Below are positions 1 to 10,329 of a stretch of DNA of 64,000 nt, piece after piece. This DNA is from Myxococcota bacterium (GTDB lineage Bacteria > Myxococcota > JACRCW01): contig JBFMGU010000020.1 in the NCBI GenBank assembly GCA_040752415.1, positions 1-64,000 of the forward strand. The letters are read 5' to 3'. Numbering within the stretch: position 1 is the first letter of the stretch; each line of letters opens with the position of its first letter. The notes below the pieces were generated by a model. The model ran no database searches. It saw only the letters and a program-made list of their open reading frames with translations, and was not told where the DNA came from. Both the position numbers and the translations under genes were made by a program.

Positions 1-2
1 CC

Positions 3-1745
3 TCCCCCGCCGTCGCGCCCCCTTCCCTGCTGGCGCACACGGCCACCCGAATCCTGGCAGACCTGACGCGGCAACGTGGCTTGCTGCCCCGCCAGGTCCT
101 TCCTCTCGACGCCAGTGAGGGCGGGCGGAACCATCTCTTCCGCGTCCGCACCGGGAGCGCACGCCTGGTCCTCAAGGTCCGCGCCGACCGCAGCCTGGAC
201 AGCACGCGGGAACGCTGGGCCCTGCCCCGCCTGCCTCGCGGCCTGGGACCGCGCCTGGTGGCCTACGCAACGCCCCATGAGCTGCGTCATCACTGCGCCC
301 GTCGTGGCTGGTGGCGCGAGCTGCACGCGCTGGATGCGCCGGTGGGCCCGCTCCTGTGGCTGGAGGAGCTTCCCGGTGAACCCGCGCAGCACGGTCTTCC
401 CGACGAGGTCGTCCGGGAGACGGGCGCGGTGATCGCGAAACTGCACGGTGTGGTCCCGAGGGAGGGGCCGCGGTTGGCATGTGGCTCCGAGGGAACGTCG
501 ATCCTGCGACTTGCCGAGGAAGGCCTGGCGCAACTGACGACGATGAAGGCGCTCGATCCCACGACGCTGCGGGCGTTGTCGCGGGCGTGCGCGCACGTGG
601 ACCAGCACCTGGAGCGGGCGTGGCGACGCTTCTCGTTCACGCGCGTGCGGACGCTGTGCCACGGTGATCTGCGCTGGCACAACCTGCACGTTCATGACGA
701 CGTCATCCGCCTCGTCGACCTGGAGCACGCGGGCATGGGTGACCCGGCGGTGGACCTGGCGTTGATGGCGTGTCGAACGCCGCTGGATGTGCACGAGGAG
801 CTGTGCCTGTTGGACGGTTACCTCTCCGCGCGCACCGACGCGCAGCTCCTGGACCGCTACATCACGGTGAAACCCGCGGTGGCGCTGCTGGGCGCCGTCG
901 ACGCCGTCATGGACCTGGTGCGCATTGCGCGCGCCGACCAGCGAGTGGTCCGGGATGCGGGCGCACACGTGCAACGTCGACTTCCGCACATCACCGACGA
1001 GCTGCAGCACGCGCTCACCCGCTGCCTGGGCGCTCCGCCGTCACGACCGCGCATCACGACGGGAAAACCGGTGAAAGCGCGTGGTTCGTGGCGGGGCGTG
1101 GTGGCGGTGGATGGCACCGCGGCGTCGGGGAAGTCGGTGGTGGCGCAGGCGGTGGCGACGCGTTTGGGCATTCCCTACTTCAACACCGGAACCGCGTACC
1201 GCTACGTGGCGCTGCACGCGCTGGAGATGGGATGGAGCGCACGGGACGGTGAGGACGTCGCACGCATGGTGGCGCACCTGCGCGGGTGTCGTGTGAAGTT
1301 GACGCCCACCGGCGCGACCGAGGTGAACGGGCGGGAGTACCGCGCGGCGTTGGACGTGATTCCCGTCGAGGAAACCGTGTCGGCGTGGGCGGCGGTGCCT
1401 GCCATCCGTGACGCGTTGGCACTGAAGTTCCGTCCCGCGCTGCGCGCTCCCGCCGCGGTGGTGGAGGGACGCGACGTGGGCAGCGTGTTGTGTCCTGGCA
1501 CCCCGCACAAGCTGTACGTGGACGCGAGTCTCGACGTGCGCGCGGACCGCATGGTCGACCGTTGCGAAGGTGTGGTGACGCGGAAGGAGGCCCGGAAGCT
1601 CCTTGCTCGACGGGACCGCGCGGACACCACCCGTGACGTGGCCCCGTTGCGGCCCGCCCCCGACGCCAAGCTCCTCGACACGACGCGCCTGACCCTGGAC
1701 GACGCCATCACCAAGGCCATGCGACTCCTGGGGGTGCGCGGATGA
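3..1745 (+). CDS. Fusion of APH/choline kinase-like phosphotransferase and cytidylate kinase (probably 5'-truncated by the window edge)
   Basis: N-half has HGDLRWHNL and LVDLEHAGMGDPAVDLA (APH-family motifs). C-half has VAVDGTAASGKS (P-loop), NTGTAYR, VVEGRDVGS and RRDRADTTRDVAPL, typical of Cmk. The frame is open back to position 3. Confidence 0.8.
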   Translation, partial: SPAVAPPSLLAHTATRILADLTRQRGLLPRQVLPLDASEGGRNHLFRVRTGSARLVLKVRADRSLDSTRERWALPRLPRGLGPRLVAYATPHELRHHCARRGWWRELHALDAPVGPLLWLEELPGEPAQHGLPDEVVRETGAVIAKLHGVVPREGPRLACGSEGTSILRLAEEGLAQLTTMKALDPTTLRALSRACAHVDQHLERAWRRFSFTRVRTLCHGDLRWHNLHVHDDVIRLVDLEHAGMGDPAVDLALMACRTPLDVHEELCLLDGYLSARTDAQLLDRYITVKPAVALLGAVDAVMDLVRIARADQRVVRDAGAHVQRRLPHITDELQHALTRCLGAPPSRPRITTGKPVKARGSWRGVVAVDGTAASGKSVVAQAVATRLGIPYFNTGTAYRYVALHALEMGWSARDGEDVARMVAHLRGCRVKLTPTGATEVNGREYRAALDVIPVEETVSAWAAVPAIRDALALKFRPALRAPAAVVEGRDVGSVLCPGTPHKLYVDASLDVRADRMVDRCEGVVTRKEARKLLARRDRADTTRDVAPLRPAPDAKLLDTTRLTLDDAITKAMRLLGVRG

Positions 1746-2431
1746 TTCCGCCCTTTCCCCGCATTCCGCACCTGCCCGGCAGTCACGCCGCCGCGGATGA
1801 TTTGATCCTCGATGACGAGGGCGTGGCGCACCTCTTCACCTCCGACCTGCGCGTGGTGGAGAAGCTGGACGGCATCAACGTGGCGGTGGCGTTGCTCAAC
1901 AAGCGGGTCGTGATCGACGTGAAGCCGCAGTGGCGGAAGGTGCTGGGCGGCGACGTGGGGCGCGCGCTGGGCATCTACCTGCGACAACGCGAGGAAGGCC
2001 TGCGCCGGCTCCTGGAGAAGGGCGGCGTCCTCTACGGGGAATGGCTGTGGCACACCGTGTCCATGCGACATCATGGGCTGCCGGACACCTTCGTCGGATT
2101 CGCGCTGCGGGATGGACGGGGGCGAATGCTGCCGATCGACGAGGCGCGCGGAAGGATCGAGGACGCGGGCTTCACGGCGTCGCTGATGTTCTGGAGTGGG
2201 AAGCTGACGTCGGTGCGGCAGGTGAAGGAGCTGGTACGTCGAAGGGCCAGGCAGGCGGGGCGTGACGTGGAGGGCGTCATCCTCGAGGAGGCCACGCCGA
2301 GAAACGTGCGTTACGCCAAGTGGGTGGAGCCCGCGTACCAACACATGCGCCCGGGAACGCTGCGCGGTGGATGGAATCTCCTCGGGGACGACGCGCGTCG
2401 ACCGGTGGTGTGGTTGCCTACGCGGAAGTGA
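1742..2431 (+). CDS. RNA ligase family protein (ATP-dependent nucleotidyltransferase core only)
   Basis: FPRIPHLPGS N-terminus, motif I EKLDG, LYGEW, VEGVIL and YAKWV. ATGA overlap with the upstream gene. Confidence 0.75.
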   Translation: MIPPFPRIPHLPGSHAAADDLILDDEGVAHLFTSDLRVVEKLDGINVAVALLNKRVVIDVKPQWRKVLGGDVGRALGIYLRQREEGLRRLLEKGGVLYGEWLWHTVSMRHHGLPDTFVGFALRDGRGRMLPIDEARGRIEDAGFTASLMFWSGKLTSVRQVKELVRRRARQAGRDVEGVILEEATPRNVRYAKWVEPAYQHMRPGTLRGGWNLLGDDARRPVVWLPTRK

Positions 2432-3974
2432 GCCGACGACGGAAGCGCCACGCCACGCACAACACAAGCATTCCCGTGGGCGCTCCCGCGCTTGGCGTGG
2501 CGCACGCACAACGTGGCGTGGCCGGACTTCCGCTGTCACCGCCATCCGACGTCAGTGCGACGGAAGCGTCAGGGAGAACGGCACCGGAGTCCGGCGTGGT
2601 CGCAACCGCAGCGTCGGGAGGGATGGCACCGGAATCCGAGGGTGGTGTCCCGGAATCCCGTGGCGTCGACGCATCTGCGGTGGGTCCTCCATCCGGTCCC
2701 GGCGACACGGCGGCATCCATGGGCCCCGCGTCCGGGAGCTCACCGCGAAGCGGCGGAACCAGGGTGTCGCAACTCCCCAGGGAATGCTCCAGCGCGCCCA
2801 GTGTCACCGACGACGACGGACGAGCACGCGCGCAGTAGTCATCCGTCACCAGCGCATGCGCCGGAGCAGCGCCGACGAGCGAGGAGACATCACCCGTGGG
2901 GCGCAGGTCGCCGACGAGCGGCGCGGGGTACCAGGTGGTGAACGTGCTCTCGTCGACCTGCAGGTTGTTGGCGGCAGTGTGGGTGGCGCCGTCGCGGTTG
3001 CGGATCTGACCGGTGTGCACGTTCCCGGCGGCCTCACCGGTGGTGGTGTCAAAGCGGAAGTCCACGCCGCTCGTCGCCACCAGCGTGTTGTGGAGGATGC
3101 GGCTGTTGGCGGCGCGGTTCAGGTAGATACCCACGTCGGAGCAGTTGGCAATGATGTTGTTGCGCATGATGCCGTCGCGGTGCTCCACGTTGCAGGGCAC
3201 CTGGGCGTCAAACGCCGGCGCGCAGTACTGGGGAGCCGTGCCGCCGCCCCCAAACGAGAGGCCAATGCGCGTGCCCCCGGTGTCGACGTCACGCGTGCAC
3301 AGCACGAGGTTGCGCTCGAAGATGCCACGCTGCCCCCCGCTCTTCATGAACGCGCCGTAGCTGATGCCGTTGCCGCCGTCCTTGTGGAAGTCGTGGAGGA
3401 TGTTGGCGCGTACGATCCAGTCGTCGCCGGTGTCGATGTTGAGCTTGGTGACGGGATTGCTGGTGCTGCGCGGGCGCGTGTCACCGAGGTCATTACCCTC
3501 GATCAGCCCGTTGTTGGGGGTGCGCCACGTGCCGTCGACGTTGGCCGCGTTCACCTTGAGCTGCGCGTTGAAGTCCTCGACGCGACTGCCCCGCAGCACA
3601 AAGCCGTCCGCGGCACCGGTGACGTGGAACGCATGCTCGCAGTCGTCGTCGGTGGGGCAGACGCCGGAGATGTGGAGGTCCTCGAAGTGCCAATGCGCAC
3701 CCTGCACGCGAAAGCCCTCCAGGCCCGAGAACCGCACGTGCGCCGCTCGCGCCGGCACCGAGCGAACCACGATGGGCTCCGTGGCCGTTCCCGAAACCGA
3801 GCAGGTCACGTTGCCGAGGTCGTAATCACCCGCGGACAGGAGGATCACGTCGCCGGGCTGGGCGGATTGAACCGCGGCCAGCAGCTCCGTGGCGTTGGTG
3901 ACCGGAACGTCCCGGGCCCACGCCGTCGTCGAGAAGTGCGTTGCGATGAGGATACCGATTCCGCGAATGCGCAT
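2418..3974 (-). CDS. Secreted right-handed beta-helix protein (chondroitinase B/pectate lyase-like fold) with MYXO-CTERM-like tail
   Basis: Signal peptide, ELLAAVQSAQPGDVILLSAGDY start, Asn-ladder repeats, DAG/DSG linker, C-terminal CACA-hydrophobic-RRR. Confidence 0.75.
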   Translation of the reverse strand: MRIRGIGILIATHFSTTAWARDVPVTNATELLAAVQSAQPGDVILLSAGDYDLGNVTCSVSGTATEPIVVRSVPARAAHVRFSGLEGFRVQGAHWHFEDLHISGVCPTDDDCEHAFHVTGAADGFVLRGSRVEDFNAQLKVNAANVDGTWRTPNNGLIEGNDLGDTRPRSTSNPVTKLNIDTGDDWIVRANILHDFHKDGGNGISYGAFMKSGGQRGIFERNLVLCTRDVDTGGTRIGLSFGGGGTAPQYCAPAFDAQVPCNVEHRDGIMRNNIIANCSDVGIYLNRAANSRILHNTLVATSGVDFRFDTTTGEAAGNVHTGQIRNRDGATHTAANNLQVDESTFTTWYPAPLVGDLRPTGDVSSLVGAAPAHALVTDDYCARARPSSSVTLGALEHSLGSCDTLVPPLRGELPDAGPMDAAVSPGPDGGPTADASTPRDSGTPPSDSGAIPPDAAVATTPDSGAVLPDASVALTSDGGDSGSPATPRCACATPSAGAPTGMLVLCVAWRFRRRLTSA

Positions 3975-4153
3975 GGTGGACCCGTCCTTGGCGGCACGTT
4001 ACCCGGAACCGCCGGGGCCCCGGGAACGTCTCAAACCTGCGCGGAGTACCGCCCGCTTCCGCAACGTCTGCGCTGCATGGAGCACCGCGCGGAGACTTCG
4101 ACACGGCACGGTGCGTGAAAGGGGTGGGTGGTGCACCTACGCAAGGAGTCCCC

Positions 4154-5665
4154 GTGAGCACACCCGACGTGATCATCATCGGCGGCGGCCTGGCCGGTCT
4201 TTCCGCGGGAATCTTCGCCCGGGCCAGCGGCTACTCCCCGCTCATCCTGGAGCACCACACCACCGTGGGCGGCGTGTGCACGGCGTGGAAGCGTGAGGAC
4301 TACCTGGTTGACGGGTGCATCCACTGGCTCACCGGCAGTCGCACGGGAGCGCTCCGTGAGCTTTACGAACAGGTGGGCGCGCTCGAGGAGAACCGGCTGC
4401 TTCCCATCTTCCACTTCCTGCGCTTCGTGGAGGAGAGCAGCGGCCGCACGCTCGACGTCACCGCGGACCTGCCCGCGCTGGCGCGCGACCTCAAGGCGCT
4501 CTCCCCGTCGGACGGCGCGGCGGTGGATGAGCTGATGCGCTCCGTCGAGAACATCCGGCACCTGCCCTCCGGTCCCGAGGAGGTGCAACATGACAACCAC
4601 GCGCTGCGGAAACTGTGGGGACTGCGGCACACGTTCCTGGAGGTTTTCCACAACCGCCTCCCCGTCTCCGAGTACGCGCAGCGCTTCTCCGACCCGTTCG
4701 TGCGCACGTGCCTGGAGAACCTCTTCCTGCCAGACATCCCCACCGCAGGCATGATGTACATGCTGGCGCAGCTTGGTGATGACCAGTTCTCCGTCGTGGA
4801 GGGCGGCTCGCTGCGGTTCGCCACCGCCATGGAGCGGAAGTACCTGCGCCTGGGCGGGCGCGTCCTGTTCAACGCCACCGTGGAGGAGATCCTCACCGAG
4901 AACGACCGCGCCGTGGGCGTGCGCCTGGAGGACGGACGAATGATCCGCGCCCGCAACGTGATCTCCGCCGCGGATGGCTACACCACCATCTTCCGCATGC
5001 TGGGCGGCCGCTACGTCGACGACGAGATCCACGAGCGGTACGCGCAGGGACGCCTCTTCGATCCCATCCTGCTCATCACCTGCGGCCTGGAGGCGCTGCC
5101 CCCCGACGGACCCTCGGCGCACCTGCTCCTGCTCCGCGCGCCCCTGCGCATCCACAACCGCGAGGTGAGCCACCTGCACGTGCGGACCTTCAGCCACGAC
5201 CCCACGCTGGCGCCACCAGGCCACAGCGTCATGCAGGTGATGGTGCCCACCGAATTTGACTGGTGGATGGAGCTGCACCACGACGCCAAGCACTACGCGC
5301 AGGAAAAGGACCGCGTGGCGCGACAGGTGGTGGAGGCCGTGGCGCGGGTGCTGCCGCTCCCAACGGACAAGGTCGGAATGCTCGACGTGGCCACGCCGTA
5401 CACCTACTGGCGGTACACGCGGAACCACCGCGGTGCGTTCGAAGGCTGGCTCCCGTCCATGCGCATGTTCACCGGCGGGTACGAGAAGACGCTGCCGGGG
5501 TTGGACAACTTCTTCATGGCCGGGCAGTGGGTGGAGCCGGGCGGCGGGATTCCCACGGTGCTGATGTCGGGGCGGGAGGCGGTGCACCTGATGTGCAAAC
5601 GCGACGGGTTGGCGCTGCGTGCTCCCGACGTCACCGAGACGACGGAGCTGAACGCGCGGACATGA
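4154..5665 (+). CDS. Phytoene desaturase-family NAD(P)/FAD-dependent oxidoreductase
   Basis: IIGGGLAGL dinucleotide-binding motif, GGVCTAWKR..Y.VDG..HWL, ATPYT..RYT, NFFMAGQWVEPGGGIP. GTG start after AAGGAG. Confidence 0.8.
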   Translation: MSTPDVIIIGGGLAGLSAGIFARASGYSPLILEHHTTVGGVCTAWKREDYLVDGCIHWLTGSRTGALRELYEQVGALEENRLLPIFHFLRFVEESSGRTLDVTADLPALARDLKALSPSDGAAVDELMRSVENIRHLPSGPEEVQHDNHALRKLWGLRHTFLEVFHNRLPVSEYAQRFSDPFVRTCLENLFLPDIPTAGMMYMLAQLGDDQFSVVEGGSLRFATAMERKYLRLGGRVLFNATVEEILTENDRAVGVRLEDGRMIRARNVISAADGYTTIFRMLGGRYVDDEIHERYAQGRLFDPILLITCGLEALPPDGPSAHLLLLRAPLRIHNREVSHLHVRTFSHDPTLAPPGHSVMQVMVPTEFDWWMELHHDAKHYAQEKDRVARQVVEAVARVLPLPTDKVGMLDVATPYTYWRYTRNHRGAFEGWLPSMRMFTGGYEKTLPGLDNFFMAGQWVEPGGGIPTVLMSGREAVHLMCKRDGLALRAPDVTETTELNART

Positions 5666-5872
5666 TCGGATTCGCGGCGAGGAGTATTGCGTGAGGCGAC
5701 ATGGCGCCGCGGCCCGACGTCACCTTCCGGCACCGATAGATGGTCCAGACGCCGCGCAGCTCAGCCTTTGCAGGAACTCGACGTCGTGGGCGATGAGTTG
5801 TTCCAACAGTTCGGCGAAGTCCCGATGGCCACGGGAGGCGGTGGACGCAAAACGGATGAGACCGAAGCCGGA

Positions 5873-6493
5873 TCAGCGCGGCGGCTCCGGTTCCTTGCCG
5901 GGCACCGCGCCCGCCCGCGCCACGACGTGGTCGACGAGCCCGTACTCCTTGGCCTGGATGGCGCTGAGGAAACGGTCGCGGTCGGTGTCCTCGATGATGC
6001 GCTCGCGCGGCTGGCCGGTGTGGCGCGCAAGGATGTCGGTGGTGAGCTCCTTCATCTTCAGGATCTCCCGCGCCTGGATCTCGAGGTCACTGGCCTGGCC
6101 CTCACCGCCGCCGAGGGGCTGGTGGATCATGATGCGGGAGTTGGGCAGCGCGTACCGCTTCCCCTTGGTGCCCGCGGTGAGCAACAGCGCACCCATGCTG
6201 GCCGCCATGCCCACGCACACCGTCGAGACGTCGGGGCGGACGTATTGCATGGTGTCGTAGATGGCGAGGCCCGCGCTGATCACGCCGCCGGGACTGTTGA
6301 TGTACATCGTGATGTCGCGGTCGGGGTCCTCGCTCTCCAGGAAGAGGAGCTGCGCCACCACCACGTTGGCAATCCCGTCGTCAATGGGCAGGCCAAGGAA
6401 GATGATGCGGTCCTTGAGCAGGCGCGACCAGATGTCATAGGCGCGCTCGCCACGCGCGGTCTGCTCAATGACGGTGGGTGGGAAGTACGTCAC
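5873..6493 (-). CDS. clpP: ATP-dependent Clp protease proteolytic subunit
   Basis: [30 protein letters not shown] (Ser), MIHQP (His), DTDRD (Asp). GTG start at 6493 after GGAG. Confidence 0.95.
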   Translation of the reverse strand: MTYFPPTVIEQTARGERAYDIWSRLLKDRIIFLGLPIDDGIANVVVAQLLFLESEDPDRDITMYINSPGGVISAGLAIYDTMQYVRPDVSTVCVGMAASMGALLLTAGTKGKRYALPNSRIMIHQPLGGGEGQASDLEIQAREILKMKELTTDILARHTGQPRERIIEDTDRDRFLSAIQAKEYGLVDHVVARAGAVPGKEPEPPR

Positions 6494-6611
6494 GACGACT
6501 CCACAACGGCCGTTGATGGCCCGGTTTGCGCGCCTCCAGCGCGGCCGGAGACACCTGAGGCAGGCATGTAACGTCATCCGGAGCGTTCGTCATCCGACGA
6601 GGCGCCCCGGC

Positions 6612-7385
6612 TCAGGTGCCGGGCGGCTTGGGTCCCAGGTGCGCGCCGTGGATGAGCCCACTCTGGGCCACGTACTGCGGCAGCCCGTCGGTGAACCAGG
6701 TCTGCTCCTGCAGCGCCATGGCCACCTTGGCGGACTGCGTGGGCGAGAGATGACCGCCCAGCCCCTCGATGGCCGACTTCAACGCCACCAATCCGTGGTT
6801 GGCAAAGGGGTTGTTGGGATCCTGCACCTCCATCTCATCCAGCGCGCGGTGGAGCGCGGGAAGCGCGCGTGCGTCGCCGTAGCGCAACAGGTTCTGGGCT
6901 GCGGCCTCCACGTTGCGCGCCAGCTGCTGCAGGAGGAGCGGGAACACCTTCTCGTCGACCACGGTGCGTGAGAGCAGGTCGCAGAGGTGGTTGCGGAACT
7001 CGTCGTCCTGCGTGTTGGCGTAGGCGGCAAGCGCGGGCTCCCGCACCTGCTGGCCATAATGGGTCAGCGCCTCGATGAGGGCGTCGTACACCCCGTCGCT
7101 GGGCTCGGTGCAGCACAACGCGTTGACCAGCGGCTCCAGCGCTTCCGGCGGGCACAGCCGACCGAGCAGGCGCGCGGCGTGGATGGGAGCGAAGGCGTGG
7201 TCTTCCACGTCGGTGGCGAGCAGCTCGGGGTTTGTGGCCACACGGATGAGGGCGGGGAGCGTGGCACGGTTGGCCAGGATGGCCTGCTCCAACCTGGGCG
7301 GAAGGTGCTCGCCCACGCGCATCAGGAGGTCCACGAGCGCCTGTGGCTGCTGCGCCTGGTCGATCTCGAGGTCAATGTTGTGCAT
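6612..7385 (-). CDS. HEAT-repeat-like alpha-helical protein (DUF1186-like)
   Basis: APIHAARLLGRL..EALEPL and YGDARALPAL resemble HEAT/PBS-lyase repeats. ATG at 7385 after GGAG. The longer ORF extension overlaps the amylase gene. Confidence 0.55.
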   Translation of the reverse strand: MHNIDLEIDQAQQPQALVDLLMRVGEHLPPRLEQAILANRATLPALIRVATNPELLATDVEDHAFAPIHAARLLGRLCPPEALEPLVNALCCTEPSDGVYDALIEALTHYGQQVREPALAAYANTQDDEFRNHLCDLLSRTVVDEKVFPLLLQQLARNVEAAAQNLLRYGDARALPALHRALDEMEVQDPNNPFANHGLVALKSAIEGLGGHLSPTQSAKVAMALQEQTWFTDGLPQYVAQSGLIHGAHLGPKPPGT

Positions 7386-7575
7386 GACGGCTCCCGCGCT
7401 CCGTGCTGTTGCGTGATGTAACCACCGCACCCGACGGCGCAGAGCCCCAGGCCCACGTCCGTGCCCGAGGTTTCCCTCGTCGAGAAGACGGCGGTGGCGA
7501 CGTGTTGAGGGTTTCCGCGAGCGCGGGCTACAACGACGCGGCGTTTCCCCGCTGCCCCGGCTGGAGCCCACGACC

Positions 7576-9780
7576 ATGCCACCCGTCACGCTGCCCCCCG
7601 CGCCCGGCATCCGCCCCACGCCCACCACCGCGCCCGCCGTCACCCCGCGCGAGGTCGGCTCCGGCACGTCCGCCCCCAGCACGCCGCGCCCACCGCCGCC
7701 GCCCACCACGACGAGCAACGCCGGCTGGCGCAACTTCACCGACGGGACGCCACGTCCGGAGGCGCGCATCCACGGACTGCACACGCCGCTGATGAACGCG
7801 AGCGGGCTCGTCGACTTCGAGTGGGAGAAGCCGGGCGACAGCATTCCCTTCGAGATGACGGTGGAGGTGCGCGGGGATCCCAACGCGGTGCGCGCCGAAG
7901 TGTGGTCCAACGTCAACCACAACGACGACCCCACGCGCTACGAGGGGCTGCCCATGAAGGTGGCGCGCGTGGAGGGCAGCCGCGTGACCTACCGCGTGGA
8001 CATCCCGGTGGAGAAGCTGGGGAACTACCGCGCCACCGCGCGCGTCTCCGTCGACGGTGGGACCAGCTGGCAGTGGGCCGGGCAGCACGGCATTGGGGAC
8101 CTCCGCTTCCGCCCGCGCAGCGAGGCGCACGACGACCTCAACATGATGGAGGTCAACGTGGGCAACGTGAACCATGATCCCACGACGGGGAAGTACGGCA
8201 CGTTCGCGGACATGATGGAGAGCGGGAGCCCGCAGACCAATGGCAAGTACACCCTGGAACACCTGGCGGCGCAGGGGAAGAACGCCATCTGGCTCATGCC
8301 GCCGTTCGAGATCTCCAAGTGGGACCAGCGGCATCCCCTCGACGACGCGGGCAGCCCGTACGCGGTGAAGGACTTCTTCAGTGTGCGCACGGAGCTCAGC
8401 CGCGCGGCGCAAGGTCTCACCGGGGAGGCCGCGCGCGACGCCGCGATGAAGGAGTTCAAGGACTTCGTGGCCAAGGCGCACAGCCTGGGCATCAAGGTCA
8501 TGCTCGACGTGCCGCTGAACCACGTGGGGCACAACTACGAGTTCCGCGACCTGTTCACCCGCTACGACCAGGCCGGACGCGAAGTGCGCGAGGTGCGCAA
8601 GAACGACTTCTCCAACTTCAAGATCGACCCCGAGCAGCTGCGCGTCATCGAGCGTCGCCTCGCCGACCCGAACCTGCCCAAGTACATGGAGTACCTGGCG
8701 CCGTGGATGTACGGGAGCCGCACCGGGAATCCCGCCGGCGCAAGCAACGCCAACGACAAGGCACCCGGCGGGTGGTTCGAGTGGGCGGATACCGCGCAGC
8801 TCAACCACGGTCGCATGCGGTGGGGTTATCACTGGTGGGACGTCAACCCCGACGCGCAACAGAAGGCCACGCAGGACTGGCTCACGCGCATCCTGCGCTT
8901 CTGGGCCGTGGACATGGACGTGGACGGGTTCCGCCTGGACCACCTCACCGGCCTGCCGCTGCAGATGCTGGAGCACGGCGCCAACCTGGTGCAGGCCGAC
9001 GTGGACAAGCACCAACCCGGCAAGGCGCTGTTCCTGATGGGTGAGGACTTCCACACCAGCAATGACACGCGGCACTACCTGGACGCCGGACAGGCCGGGT
9101 GGTTCCACGAATTCCTGCGCGCGCGCTCCCCCGCCGACCTGCAGCGCATCATGGAGAATCCCTGGTTCCATGACCTGCTCAACCTGGACAGTCACGACGA
9201 GGAACGCCTCATGGCGCACTTTGGCGATGACTACCGCGCCGCCGCGCGACTGGCGGGATTGCTACAGTTGCTGGGAGGGCCGGTGACCGAGGTGGCGGGC
9301 GACGAGCTGGGCGAGAAGGAGAAGCTGCTCTTCAAGCAGTACAAGGGCGTGCACGCGCTGCGACACCAGAGCGACGCGCAGCGGGAGATGGCGCGCACGT
9401 TCGGGAAGCTGGGCGCGGCGCGGAAACAGCTGGCGGCGCTCAAGGATGACAATCGCGCGTGGTTGCGGCCGCGGGACGGAGGGAGTGATCCGGACCTGGT
9501 GGCGCTCAGCCGCGTCACCGACCGCGGGAAGGACGGCGCGCCGGTGCTGGTGTTCGGGAACATGAGCAATGAGCGGACGCGGGAGAATGTCTTCGCGCTC
9601 GACGAGGAGACGCGGGCGCGGATTGATCCGGAGAAGAGCTACCAGGTCCGGGACCTCATGGGTCAGGACGTGCCGTTGTGGAATCCGCCCATCAAGGGGA
9701 AGGAGCTCATGGAGCGCGGCGTGTTCGCGCGGCTGCTGCCGTACCAGCTGCAGGTGCTCAAACTTGAACCGGTGGGATGA
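7576..9780 (+). CDS. Alpha-amylase family (GH13) glycoside hydrolase with Pro/Thr-rich N-terminus
   Basis: GH13 regions DVPLNH, GFRLDH (nucleophile), GEDF and SHDEER, plus GSPYAVKDF. Confidence 0.85.
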   Translation: MPPVTLPPAPGIRPTPTTAPAVTPREVGSGTSAPSTPRPPPPPTTTSNAGWRNFTDGTPRPEARIHGLHTPLMNASGLVDFEWEKPGDSIPFEMTVEVRGDPNAVRAEVWSNVNHNDDPTRYEGLPMKVARVEGSRVTYRVDIPVEKLGNYRATARVSVDGGTSWQWAGQHGIGDLRFRPRSEAHDDLNMMEVNVGNVNHDPTTGKYGTFADMMESGSPQTNGKYTLEHLAAQGKNAIWLMPPFEISKWDQRHPLDDAGSPYAVKDFFSVRTELSRAAQGLTGEAARDAAMKEFKDFVAKAHSLGIKVMLDVPLNHVGHNYEFRDLFTRYDQAGREVREVRKNDFSNFKIDPEQLRVIERRLADPNLPKYMEYLAPWMYGSRTGNPAGASNANDKAPGGWFEWADTAQLNHGRMRWGYHWWDVNPDAQQKATQDWLTRILRFWAVDMDVDGFRLDHLTGLPLQMLEHGANLVQADVDKHQPGKALFLMGEDFHTSNDTRHYLDAGQAGWFHEFLRARSPADLQRIMENPWFHDLLNLDSHDEERLMAHFGDDYRAAARLAGLLQLLGGPVTEVAGDELGEKEKLLFKQYKGVHALRHQSDAQREMARTFGKLGAARKQLAALKDDNRAWLRPRDGGSDPDLVALSRVTDRGKDGAPVLVFGNMSNERTRENVFALDEETRARIDPEKSYQVRDLMGQDVPLWNPPIKGKELMERGVFARLLPYQLQVLKLEPVG

Positions 9781-9806
9781 GGTGACCCCGGGTGGTGGCG
9801 GGTTGG

Positions 9807-9882
9807 CCCCCCCACCCGGCCGCCTCGCGATGTCACCGAATTCACGTCGTGGCGGCCGGCCTCCCCCACGGCGTGGGGAGGC
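9807..9882. repeat. Double-hairpin intergenic palindromic element between convergent genes
   Basis: CCGGCCGCC..GGCGGCCGG stem followed by GCCTCCCC..GGGGAGGC stem. Confidence 0.5.
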
Positions 9883-9941
9883 GTAGATGTGCCGCGACCG
9901 GTGAGCTCGAGGGGCCGGGCGCGGCACAAGGCCTCGTTGGG

Positions 9942-10238
9942 CTACTTCTGCTTCTTCGCGGGGGATTTCTTCGGGGCGGAGTCCAGCTCGCCACGCATCA
10001 GGTAGGCCAGCACCATCAGGTGCACCTTGCGCGCCGTCTCCTGGCGGTCGTCGTCCGGGCCCATGGCCCTGGCCATCGCCGCGAACACGCCGAGCAGCGA
10101 TTGACCGATCTCGTCGGTGACAAGCTGGTCCAGGTCCTTGGCCGGTATGGACTGGACCGTCTTCAGCGCCTCGAGCGCGCGCGCTTCATCGGGTGCGGAC
10201 ACGGTGGCCTCCGAGCAGGACCACACCATCCCCACCAC
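9942..10238 (-). CDS. Small hypothetical protein
   Basis: Good codon usage, helical sequence, Lys-rich tail. The true start may be the GTG of SAPDEARAL. Confidence 0.6.
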   Translation of the reverse strand: MVGMVWSCSEATVSAPDEARALEALKTVQSIPAKDLDQLVTDEIGQSLLGVFAAMARAMGPDDDRQETARKVHLMVLAYLMRGELDSAPKKSPAKKQK

Positions 10239-10329
10239 GAGCTCACCGTGTCAATCCGCAGCCGACCAAAACAGCTGCGGCGCACGAACCGGGTTGGCTC
10301 GCACGCCGCACGTCGGGTTGCTCCAGGCT

